Shown here in pieces: positions 24,300-35,727 of a stretch of DNA of 64,000 bases; the stretch's first letter is position 1; the number at the start of each line of letters is the position of its first letter. The notes beneath the pieces are model-generated. The model had not been told where the DNA came from. It saw nothing but the letters and a program-made list of their open reading frames with translations, and searched no databases. Made by a program: the position numbers and the translations under genes. This stretch comes from Lama glama (taxonomy: Eukaryota), in NCBI GenBank assembly GCA_028534125.1, contig CM052816.1:95916001-95980000 (forward strand), written 5' to 3'.

Positions 24300-25733
24300 T
24301 GAGAGCGAGCGCTGGAAGGGAGCGAGAGGATGCTAGGAGCAGTTGCTCTCTGCCGGTGAGTGGGTGGGGGTCCTAGTCAGCAAACACCAGGACCAGGCAG
24401 ATCTTGCAATAATTTCATAGAGGTAGAGGGTACCGGGGAGCCAATCTCTTGACCAGAGAGAGTTGTCAGCCTTGTTGCAAGAAGGGACCGGAAAGGTGGT
24501 TGCCAAACTCAAGTCCTTTAAATAGACTCCTTCCAGAGACAAACGTATCCCTGTAAACTTTTCCTGTTTGTGAGTTTGTCTTCCCTACTGTGACCCTTGT
24601 GTTTATTCAAAAAGAAATAAAAATTGAGTGAAGATAATGTGAGTTATGTTTAATACTGACATGAAGTTCTCATCAAGAGCATATTGCTTAAAATGCCAGG
24701 AGGTACATATGATTGTTAAATTTTTTTTTAAATTGAGGTTTATATTGAATTTTGTTTTTAAGGAAAACAATTGTATGTCACAGTCAGCTTATCCAGAAGG
24801 TCTCAGTCATGATGGTCAAGTTTGCAAACAACAGACATGTTATTATTATAGAGTTAGTCTCTCCTAAGGAGATGCAGAAAGACAAAAACAGACTTTACTA
24901 GGGAAGATTTTTAATACCTAATTAGGATTGCTAAATTAATTGTTAATTCATGCCAGTTTCATTATTGAAGAGAGGGTAAAGTTTATCATGCACTATTTAG
25001 AGTGGCCAGTTCACCATTTTATTCAAGCAGATAATACCTTAAGTTGTGTATCACTTAAATCACTTTTCTTGTCTATGTTGTCTTTAAAGAAACAGGATTT
25101 TGTACCCCAAAAGATTTTTTTCCATGTATGTCTTAAATGAAAAAGCAGTCCAAAATATAACTACTTGGGTCACTTGAAACAGATTTCTTTTTCCTTGAAT
25201 TTCTTTCCTGAAAAAACTTTGCCATGAAATAGCAGGTCATCCACCGTGTTGCCCTGGTCACGCTGATCATTTGCATACTCGTGGAACCACAGGGATGATG
25301 AACTGGTACATGTTTTCACACGCTTTTAGCTGATATGTACTTTTCTTAACAAGGAGAAGATGGATGATGCTAATCATTTTATGCTTTTTACAAATTGCAC
25401 TAACTTATTTGGTTGTTTTAATGGCTAACAGCTGCGAGATTCCTGCTGAGAGCAAAGACTTTGGTCTCCTGGGTGGTAAAGCTTGCTTTTGTCCAAAAGA
25501 AGTTTTTGAGATGTTCAGAACTTGGTAAAAATAAACCTGTGTTCTTCAGTGCCTTTTCCTCTTAAAATTGTTTCTTCTCTATGTCTGGATAGTATAGAAA
25601 GGTACAGATGTTGGCTGTGGGAGCAAGGTGACTATCCCCACGTTCACGTAAACTTTTGCTTAAGTTTTGGAGAGTTTGTAGAGCTTCTGAATTTCCATCC
25701 ATGCTTTGCAGCAAGAAATCTTGCTTCACTTTA

Positions 25734-25911
25734 ATTTGTTTTTAACTGTGTGTACTTTGAAGAGTACAGTTTTTTTTTTTTTGTTTTGTAGCAGGAGGTG
25801 GGGAGGTAATTCGGTTTTTTATTTATTTATCTTTTAATGGAGGTGCTGGGGATTTAACCCAGGACCTCAGGTAGGCTAAGCACCAGCTCTGCCACTGAGC
25901 TATGCCTCCCC
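25734..25911 (-). mobile_element. vic-1-like SINE, full length with TSD
   Basis: tRNA-like head (reverse of ccactgagctatgcctcccc), (ataa)n, gaattacctcccc and A tail. 14-bp TSD cttgcttcacttta at 25720-25733 and 25912-25925. Confidence 0.9.
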
Positions 25912-28604
25912 CTTGCTTCACTTTAGACTGTTGATCAGAGATGTGGTGTTAAACACAACAAACTTTTCTCTGTGCTGCACGCTAATTGCTCCAGATAACA
26001 CATGTCAGCTCCTTGGGACTCTGTCATATGCTCCTGATACTAGAGAGAGCTGCTTAATGGAACCATTACATTATTTTTATTAAGTTGGTGGTGACTTTGA
26101 ATGATTCCAAATGTCCATTTTTGTTGTTGTTGTAAAGTCACTGAAATTGAGGCTTTGCTTCTGATACACACAGCTGAAAGTGGGGGAGGGGGAAACAGAA
26201 CTTCGTTAAATGTCCAGCCGAAGGTCTAAAGGTGTTCCATTACCTACACAAGTAATCATGAACTCTAGAGTTCACCAAGATTAGAACTAATCCTAAAAAG
26301 AGGTTTGGGTTACAAATCCTATGGTTTGCAGGACAGAACAAGTTAATTAGTTTAAAATAGAGTCAAGGAATCCATTTTTGTAGTAGTCTATGCACAAGTG
26401 TTTGAGAGAAGTAGCCACATCCTGCAGTAAATCCTCCATAATTCTTGACTCTAAAATTGTACCATATTTGTATTTTAAAATGTTTCTGAAATTGTTGCTG
26501 TAGCTACTTAGACAAATTGCTTAGGATATAATTATAACCACAAGGTGACAAATTTTTATGTTTTTATGTTTAGTGTTAAATAATTTTTAAAATGTAAATT
26601 ATGGTGTCTAACAAATTGAGTTACACAAAGGTACAAAGTGTGTAGTGTGGGACCTTGTGCATTTCTGCCCACATTCATTTATTTGCACATTTATACATAG
26701 AAAGTGAACTATTTTCTTGAGTCCTAAAATGCGTACGTATATGGACTTTAAGTTGTTTATACTGTCTTTGTGTACTGTTGTTGGTAACATAGACATTTTC
26801 ACATATGTCTGCAGCAACCTTTTAAAACTGAGGTGCAGAAGTTTTGTTGAAAATTTCTGTTTTTTGTCACTCTGATTGCTAGCCTTGTAGACATGATCTG
26901 CTGTAGATAGGGGGCAATCTGCTGTCTCTTAATTCCTGCACAAATTGGTAGCATCATCCAGATAAATTCAACAGGTGAGGAGTAGCTAGCTCATCGGGAA
27001 GTAGTTTGAAAAAGCAACTTTTGGTGAGCTTGATAAATATATCACCGATTTCTTTGATGACTTTATCAGGTTCTTGTTATCTAGATATATAGAATCAATT
27101 TCTAATGGCAAGAAAAGAAGAGAAAAATTAAAGTAAGCTAGAAAATACATAGATAAAGTAGTTTTGATTCAGGATTTAAGCCAAACGGAGCAAAGCAAAC
27201 GAAAACTTGATCCAAGAAAAGGTTGTGTATAATAAGTAATTTATTATAATGTACTGGTATTGACACAGTTAATCTTTGTCATCTGAAAGTTCTAGAGCTA
27301 AGGAAACTTGACTCTGAATTTCATAGTATTCTGAAGCAACTTCAAAGACAAGTTATATTTCCCTGGGGCATGACATTTAAAATAGGATTAACCCAACCGT
27401 GGGCTCAAGAAAACAGAAACTCTTCTCAAAGGAGTTGCTGTTGTCTTTTTCTTTTTCTTTACCCCTTTTATTGTCCAGGATTAATGGTTATTTGACAGGA
27501 GCAAAGATGAGCACTTAACTTCTGTTTCCTAAGTTTTAAAATGTATTAGGATAGTATTGCTGCATTTGGAAAAAATTAAATGGTTCTTTACTCTTTTTTC
27601 CTCACATACACTGGAACTGGTTTCCTGATTAGTATTGAAGAACACTGCATTTTGAAAGAATATAAAGTTTTAGAGAGTGAATTGCTTTTATTTCTGAAAG
27701 GCTGTGAACTCACTAATCTTTATCTTCCCATCTGTCCTTCATTACTTGTCACCGTATCTCTGTGGGACTGGCTTCCCTAGGGTTCCTGTAGCAGGATGGG
27801 GAGGTACACATTGGAACAATTTTATTTTATGTTGCATTTTCATGTACATTTGAGAGTAGATCACATTACTGCAATAGGTAATTCAATTACAGATATGTAT
27901 GATAAATAACCAGAAGACTGATGCTATCAGAAGACAGCTCTCCTGCATAAATAAAACTGTATTTGCTGAGATGTGAAATTAAATAAGTTCTAGGCAAGTG
28001 ACAGTATGGATTGAGCAAGGGCAAATTGTGCACAGGAATAGAGCCTCTTTCAATCAGTTCAAATTCACCCAACATTTGGCAATGATGTATCATGTGCCCA
28101 TGCAAAGAAAAGCAGAGCCAAAAAAAAAAACAAAAACAAGAAGAAAAATTCTGCTAAGCCGTTTCCCGTGAATTGTTTGCAAAATCATCAAAAGGCTAAA
28201 ACTTCTTGGAAGAGGTGTGTTCCTCACAAACTGACTCCAAATTCAATTCCGTACAAAGAACTTCCCTTTCTGTAACAACAACAACAAAAAAACCTGGGGA
28301 TGTGATACATCTTGGAGAGGGCTTCCGAAGCTGTGCTCAGCCAGCCACCAAGGATGCAGCTGACCCGCTGCCAGGACTCCTCCAACACGCTGTGCCAAAA
28401 GAGTGCTCCGAACGGAGGCCAGGGACATTTATGGCTGGACGTCCTGCAGCCAAATGGGTTTTAGCATCCCAGCTGGCTTCTGTGATTCCTCTTACAGGGC
28501 CGAGATTTAGATCTGCCGTAAAACTTTACCGATTGGGAAGCTGAGAACACTGTTTGTAACTGGTGGCATAAAGCAAAAATAATTGCTCTGGATGTGAAAC
28601 TTCT

Positions 28605-28960
28605 TTGTTCAGTAGACACTGTCATTAAGCCATTGCTCATGCCAGGTGACGTACAAGTAGGAACTGAGGAAGAGCTTGCTTCTGAGACGCCTGTCGTGTC
28701 AGTTCCCGTGTGTGCTGGCTGTGGACTTGACTTTGGGAGAGTTGTTCTGGGGAAGCTGGGTAGAATAAGTACCAGAAAACTGGGCTTTCACAGAGCTGCT
28801 TGTCTAATGGGGCGGGGCAGGCGGGTGAAGCCTCAGCCTCCAGGGAAGCAGGCTCTGGCAAGGGAGGGGTCCCCAGGGGACAGGCCCGCCTGTCCTGTGC
28901 TGGAGAGATGGCGGTGGCGGTGGACGGATTCCAGGACAGCTGGAGTGGGTGGTGAAGGCA
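28605..28960 (-). mobile_element. L2 fragment(s)
   Basis: ttgttcagtagacactgtcattaagccattgctcatgccagg...ctttcacagagctgcttgtctaatgggg. Confidence 0.45.
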
Positions 28961-29416
28961 GCAGCGCTGACAGTGGCGTGACCGTCCCTGCGTGATTCAG
29001 GGCTGTTGGATAGAGGTTCTGTGGGGGCCCTGTACAGAGCTTGCGGGGGTCAGTGTGTGGATGGACTTGGAGACGGCCACGTGGCCGCATCGCCTCTGTG
29101 GGTCCCCCCAGAAGCAGGTCCTCCAGAAGAGAAAAGGGAAGGTGGAGTTGGGAAGCTGGATAGGACTCTCGTGACGAGAGTGGTGAGGATGTTGGTTACT
29201 AAGGTAAGGGTTCAGGAATGACAACACAAAACACATCCCTTGACCTAAGTTCTGACCAGGAGATCAGGTTGAGGGAGCTGTTTGGATGCAGTGACAGAAC
29301 CAAGCCAGCAGGACAAGCTGCCTGCGAGTGAAGGTCCAAAGCTTGTGGGTCGGCTGCTGCTTAGGACGGGCCCGGGGGCCAGGACCCTGCAGCGGGACAG
29401 AAGCCATTCCGGCCGT

Positions 29417-29443
29417 GGGGGTGGGTGGGGGGTGGGGGTGGGG
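29417..29443 (+). repeat. G-run tract (G-quadruplex-capable)
   Basis: gggggtgggtggggggtgggggtgggg: five G-runs with 1-nt loops. Confidence 0.8.
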
Positions 29444-29499
29444 CAGGATGTGCTCCTGAGGCTGGGAAACTGGGGGAGTCCTGTTGACCTTGGCTCCCT

Positions 29500-29890
29500 G
29501 ACTGCACTTGGCGCTGCTGCTGTCCCTCCCTCCTGGCTCCAGCCCCTCCAGCCTCCTTTCCAAGCCCTTGCCTGTTCTCTTCCTTCTGCATTTTGCTTGA
29601 AGGCTCACGACTTCCAGATCTTGCTGCTTTGAGGGCTTTTGCTCAAATATCCTCTCTTCAGCATCACGCTAAGACAGCATCCCCTCCCTCTTCCCTCTCT
29701 TCCTCAGCCTCCTCTTTTTCCCTTGGTAGCATTTTGCATCAGACCAACACACTGTGTTTTTTAAAGTCTTTCCCCGGTAGAGACTGTAAGCTTGGGAGAC
29801 GGACTCTGCCGTTGGTCAGTCTCCCGCGCCTAGAACGGCGCTTGGCAGACAGGCTGCTCTCGGTTCATATGTGGTGGATGAGTGAACGAA
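29500..29890 (+). mobile_element. L2 3' end
   Basis: gctcaaatatcctctcttcag...gactgtaagcttgggagac...cctagaacggcgcttggcagacagg...gatgagtgaacgaat. Confidence 0.75.
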
Positions 29891-30467
29891 TCAGTAAAGG
29901 CCCTCGTGTAGTGTACAAAGAGGACAGACCACAGTGTAGTGTCCTGGAAAAAGACTGTGGCTTAAACGAGCCTTTGGGAGCTAACCATGGATGCTAAATA
30001 CAGTTTATAGTCTTTATACAAACGGAGAAAATGTTTCCAATACCCTCAAACTGATCTGTTACCACAGTCCTGAAATACAGATGTCTTTGTGAGCCGAGGA
30101 CCGTGTACTTCATCTCTCCGAATACAGGGCTGTTTGTCCCGTTGTGAAAGCTTGTTCAGTGAGGGGATGACCTTGCTGGACTTGGAGATGAGCAGAAAGT
30201 GCTTGAAGTGTATTAAAATAGTTTATATATATTAAAACATTAAAAAAGTGCACTGCAGGGATGTTTACGTATTTAAAATTGAAACCCCCCACCCACTGGC
30301 ACACAAATTCCGGGGAATGTATTGTATCATTACGTATTTTCACACATTACAGAGATTTTTAGAAATTCTAGGCTATGTTGGAATGATAGAAGCCTTTCTC
30401 ATTTGATTTCTGAGATTAGGCCAATAAGCCTCGTCACTTGGTTGGATTTAAAGATTTAATAAGCTGA

Positions 30468-30895
30468 AACAGATGAGCGGATAAACAAAATGTGGTCTGG
30501 CCATACAATGGACCATTATTCAGCAATCAAATGAGCGGACGCTTGATAAAGCCTGTGATGTGTGTGAGCTTTAAAACATTATGCTTAGTGAAAGAAGCCA
30601 GTTACAAAAGACCACACATCTTATGATTCCATTTACGTAAGAAATGTCTAGAAATGGTAAACCCGTGAAGACAGAAAGCAGCTTCGTGGTTGCCTGGGGC
30701 TGCGGCTGGGGCCGGAAGCGACTGCAGATGGGCAGGTGGGGCCTTTCGGGACAACGGAAATGTTCTAAGGCTGAATTGTAGAGACAGGCACACAACTCCG
30801 CACGTTTGCCGAAGGTCGCCGAATTGTACACTTGCAGAGCGTAGGTGTTACGGTAGGTAACCTATACCTCATTAAAGGTGTTTTAAAATAAAAGA
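30468..30895 (+). mobile_element. L1MB-like 3' end
   Basis: ggataaacaaaatgtggt...aaaacattatgcttagtgaaagaagccagttacaaaagaccaca...ggaaatgttcta...tatacctcattaaag. Confidence 0.85.
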
Positions 30896-33800
30896 AATCT
30901 GGGGCGTAATCGCTAGTTTAGAGTTGGTTAGGCTGCCCGTGGCCTAAACAGATCCTGCTGCGTTTATGGGGGACTGTGTTCTGTGTTTCCGTGATTTTCA
31001 CAAAGCCTAGGGCTGGGGCCACCGGATGCCAGGATGAGCAGGGTTTCTTTGATGCGGCGGCCCTTCCTGGGAAGTGTGTCAGAGCTGTGATCTCTGTCGT
31101 GAAAACAAGCGGACCCAGGTTGTTTCCAGATGAGACCATGAAACTGAATCTAATCAAAAGCCAGCAGCCACGCTGGCTGCTCGCTGTTTGCTCCACCCCG
31201 AGTCCCAGTCATTTGTCAGATGATGCTCCTCTTACACCAGCTTTTGTTGGTGCATCAGCATTGCTCTGGACAGGGGTCGGGGTCGGGTGCAGATCTTGGA
31301 AAACACACAGTCTGCGGGTCTCATTAGAGCTGTGACGTCTGGACAGCTCGTTCACCAAAGGATGCTGCTTTCCTGGGATGGAGAAAAGTGCACACTGCCG
31401 GCCTCTGTGCCCACTTAGCAGAGCATTTGCTTCAGCTGGTGGGCAGGTCACTTCTAACAGCCAGACCCAGTGGCAGAATGCAGAGCTTTAAATGCCCAGA
31501 GCCCCAGTACTTAAACAGGAAGAGTGCTTTCTCTCCCCGTTAGAAGAAGAGTCATGGAATCACTTCTAGCTCTTTGTGTTCTGCTTTGACAGGTTTTGCA
31601 CTGAAAGCACAGCTGAAGTTAGCTTATGGGTAGAGATATATACGAATTTGCCTGTAATTCCTTTGCCCTTCGACTGTTGTCTCTGGGTGGAAGGAAGTGT
31701 CTTTAGCTCTTTCCTCTTGTTTATGGCGACTTCCGTCTGTTTAGTGCGTTAAAATCCGCTCTGCCTCCTGCCTTAGGGCTTCCTCAGCTCCCTCTCGGGC
31801 ACCTTACTCTCCCCACACCAGTTGGTTTCCGCATGGTGACTTTCCGTGAGAGTGTTTACTTTGGCACAGACGGTCCGAGCTCCAGATATCCCAGGCGTGG
31901 CTTTTGCGAGCTGTCTGAGATCCGCCAGTAGCATATCTCCATTAGTGATGAAGAATTTCTACCCAGCTCTGTGATGTTTCAGGCAAGCATTTTTTAACAA
32001 CGTCTCATTTCTTCAGCCCTTGTAGTAGTTGGATGCAAAAAATGAGATTGACAAGAGATTTAAATCCTAGTGCAATAGCTTTATCGACCTTTTGCCAATG
32101 TCATTTCTGACTAGCCCGGTCTGAATCTGCCTCCTCCCAAACTTGCAGCCTAACCTACACAAATTAGGAGTAAAATTTATCAAATGACCACGTTTTTCTA
32201 TTACCAGCCCTAAATTATTACTCACCCTCAGGGAGTGGTAAGGAGTTATTTATGAGATTGCATTAATATTTCCTTTGGCTTATTAGACGGCAAAGGAGTG
32301 GGTGACATTTATCTTTTGATGTCACTGTTGATGGTTTTAATTGGCCAATGAAATCCTGTTTAGGAGGCTGCTTTTGGTGGTGGTTTTCTCTCGTTTTCAA
32401 TGAGCTAACGTTCTCTGTCCTTGAAGGATAACTAGTGTGGCTTTCAGTTAAACAGACTGACTGGTTTCACGATTAGATAAATTTCCTCGTTGCCAGGACG
32501 GATGTTTAGTTTTGAAACACAGGGAAAAATAAAACGGTGTCCTTTCCCCTTGTTTTAAGGCCTCCTTCGGGGTAATTGTGGATTTGTATTGGATCTGATA
32601 GCTGGAGTTGATCATCATAGCTGGAGTGTTATGTACAAGATTATGTGAAGATGTAGTCCTGAGTGGGGAAGGTGTATTAGGCCCCCCTTTTAGATGATTT
32701 CTTACTCTTTTTTACCTATTTCCTTTTCTGGAAAGCATCCAGGTATTATCCTTGAATATTGATTTTTGGACACTCTGAAATGTATAGGACCCTGCCTAAA
32801 TTCTTGCCGTCTGGAACTCAGGGAAGAGCCTGGAATGTTCATTTCACAGCCTGGAGGGCTCCTGTTGCAGGCCCTTCTGTCTGCTGGCCCCTCCCTTCCT
32901 CCTGTCCTTGTTCTGAAGTTTAAACTTGGAAGATCTTTGGCAACATGTCAGTGAAGAAAAACGCCTTTAAAGTTTGAGCTAGGAGTTAAAGTTGGGCATT
33001 TTATTTATTTAAGGTTAATATTTCTGGGCTGTAAATATAGAGGAAAGACGTATTTTACAGAGCTGGGTCCAGTCCCCAGATGTTGAGCTGTTGCCCAAGG
33101 TAAGGTGACCAGATGTCCTGTATGAAAAGACGCGCACTGAAGTGTGGTTTCCTGTCCTTTCTGATGGGGCTGCTTCTCGAATATCCTTTGATAACCTACC
33201 CCCCTCCCCCCATTAGAGGAATTCTCCTCTTCCTCCTCCTTATCCTGACCCTCTTCTGGTCAGTTTCCTTGCTAATCCAGCTGCCTTTTAAGTATCGCGT
33301 TCCTCCCTCACCACAAAGTTTTGAGCCAAGCTGAGCTCAAAACTTCTGGTTGACCCTTTACTCTCTGTCAAGACCCGGCTCACTTTCTTGCCCTTCCCGT
33401 CTTGTTTCAGTGCCCTCCCCCGTGTGAAAGGGGCTTGTCAGGTTTTGTCCAGGCAGCGGCATCTCCAGTCCTGGCTCTTGGCTCTGGGGTTGCAGAGCTG
33501 CTGCTGGATGACGTGATAGCATAGGTGTCAGAGATGGACGTGCTCTTTTGCTCTGTCTTGTTCTGGGCTGCTGCGTGTTGGCTCATAGAGGTCAGACCTC
33601 ACCCAGGTCAGTTATAGGGATGGCGGGAGTGTGGTGGCTGCATGGTTCCATCCCAGCATCTGTTCCACATTGGCTGCTGCTCTCAAGCTCGGAAAAGCAC
33701 ACACCTGCTTATCAGGTGACTCTGTTGGAGGAGAGACTCCCTTGTGAGAAGTCAGTGGGAGACCTCTCCATTCCTCCCCCTTGTCTTACGGTGGAAGAGA

Positions 33801-35586
33801 CGGGAAGCCTTGGAGCAATGCCTCTCAAAGCCCTCCCTCCTCTCCACCTTGAATTCTTGCTGCCTTGGCCCCTGGTCACAAATCTGGTGCCAGGAAGGCG
33901 AGGGCACCTGAACTCAGGTGCTTGAGTTAAAGGTATTTCCCCCCTACCTATATACCCCCACTTTTTAACACAGAACACGCAGCACAACAGAAACCAGTGT
34001 GAATGCTTCTCTTGGAACTGTGCAGTGGTTATGGGTGGGGCTGGAGCAGGGTGGAGACAGGAGGTCGGAGATCTCATCCAGGCAGCGCCCATTGGCCGTC
34101 AAGTCTTTCCAAGCAGACTCCTAAGTCAGGCCTGGAGCCAAATGTACTCTCTGTCTGCCAGCAGTGATGGAATTCCTAGGTCCTATCACCAGCTCGTGAA
34201 AAGAAATCATTCAGGAAACTGCAAGCTGGCAAGTAAGACCTGCAAAGATTCATTCACTCGAAAGCTGACGCCTGCAAACGTTATTTAACTTTGAACAATT
34301 TCTCCAGGCCCACCTGCTGGGTTTCTGTCTCCTTGAGGTTTCTCGTGGTACAGAGGAAATCCCGTGGTGAACGGTTCATGGGGGGACGTTTAGAGGATGC
34401 GACCCACAGATGGTGTCTGCAGAAGGGCGTCTGGATGTCCCACACCCCACTCATCCCTGAGCCCAGCGTCTGTGCAGTAGGGTCCACTCCACGGAGCAAA
34501 TGCAGATGCTTGGAGTTTAGTTGCTGAAGCTCTAAATCAGTTAGGATGTTAGGGGGAGATTGTCAGTCTTTGTACTGATCAGATACCCTGTCAAGTAAAA
34601 TACCTTGAAGACATTTTTAAAAAGTGTCTGTCCATGAATTAATTGCTTATTGAGGTCGGCTCAAGGAAATCAATGCTTTGAACTTACACCATGGCTGGAG
34701 GGAAGAGTGACTTGCCCCAAATGGTGATGAGAATAGAGTAACAGATCCTAAGTTTTGGACGGGAAGAAGGGTCCTTCCCAGTATCTGCACAGTATTGAAA
34801 AGGGACTTTTTTTTTTCTCATATAATGAAAATAAAAACAGCAGATCACTCGCTCCAGATTGGAACACAATGTAAAGTGTACTTGATTTGTTTGTTTTGGT
34901 TGGTGGGGGGAGTAGTGCAGGCTTTGGAAGTGAGTTTGGGAAAGAGACCAGATAAACATTCTTCGTTTGAGCTCTGTGACCCTGAGTTCCTTGATAATCT
35001 TGCAGAAGAATCTCAGTTTGTCTTCTGGCGGCCAGTTACTTTGCTCTTTTCTCTCAAGAGGGAAGGGAATCATGACCTCTCAGCCAGTAAGTACAGATGA
35101 GACGAGAAACTCAGCAAGCTGCAGACCTCGTTCCATAATTCTCCAAAGTGTCACTCAGATATGTTTCCTCTATCAGAATGCCCAGCTCCATCAGTGGGTT
35201 GGTTTGGGGTCAACGTGAAGAAGGGACACAGAAAGAAAAGAATTGCCCTGAATCCTGGAGACCCCTCTGCGCTCAAAAGAACGTGGGTTCCATTTAGTCT
35301 TTGTTTTTTCCTTTTAATAAATTCTACAGTGACTTTTCTCTGTCCTCCACCTGCAACCCAGACAGTGATCATTCTTTTTGCCAAAGCAATCAGCTCTGAT
35401 CCTTCCTGTCACCAGCAAGCTTGTGATCCACAGAAGGGCCCTGAAGCATCATGACACAATTTGGCTCGGGAACAGAGGCCCTGTGCACGGAACGCCGGCC
35501 TGCCTGGCCCTTGGAGTGGGCGCCTTTGTGGCCTGTAAAACCAGCCTATGAGTTCACCCCCAATGATCTGTAGTCTAGAGTCTTTT

Positions 35587-35727
35587 TAAATTAAAAAAAG
35601 CTTATTTTGGTGGGGAGGTAATTATGTTTGTATGTATGTATGTATGTATTTTAATAGAGGTACTGAGGATTAAACCCAGGACCTCGTTCATGCTAAGCAC
35701 ACACTACCACTAAGCTATACCCTCCCC
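35587..35727 (-). mobile_element. vic-1-like SINE with (TATG)n
   Basis: gaggtactgaggattaaacccaggacctcgttcatgctaagcac...gctataccctcccc. Near-TSD tagagtctttt (35576-35586) / tagagtctctt (35731-35741). Confidence 0.9.

Larger units (their letters stand above)
22380..24400. promoter_or_regulatory. CpG island promoter
   Basis: Abrupt ~2 kb rise in GC and CpG density against CpG-depleted flanks, with no repeats inside. Confidence 0.95.

Noticed and set aside
25840..25911. tRNA-like sequences (also at 8.7, 35.7, 46.6 and 58.2 kb)
   Set aside because: These are SINE heads, with tails or TSDs in the full copies, not tRNA genes.
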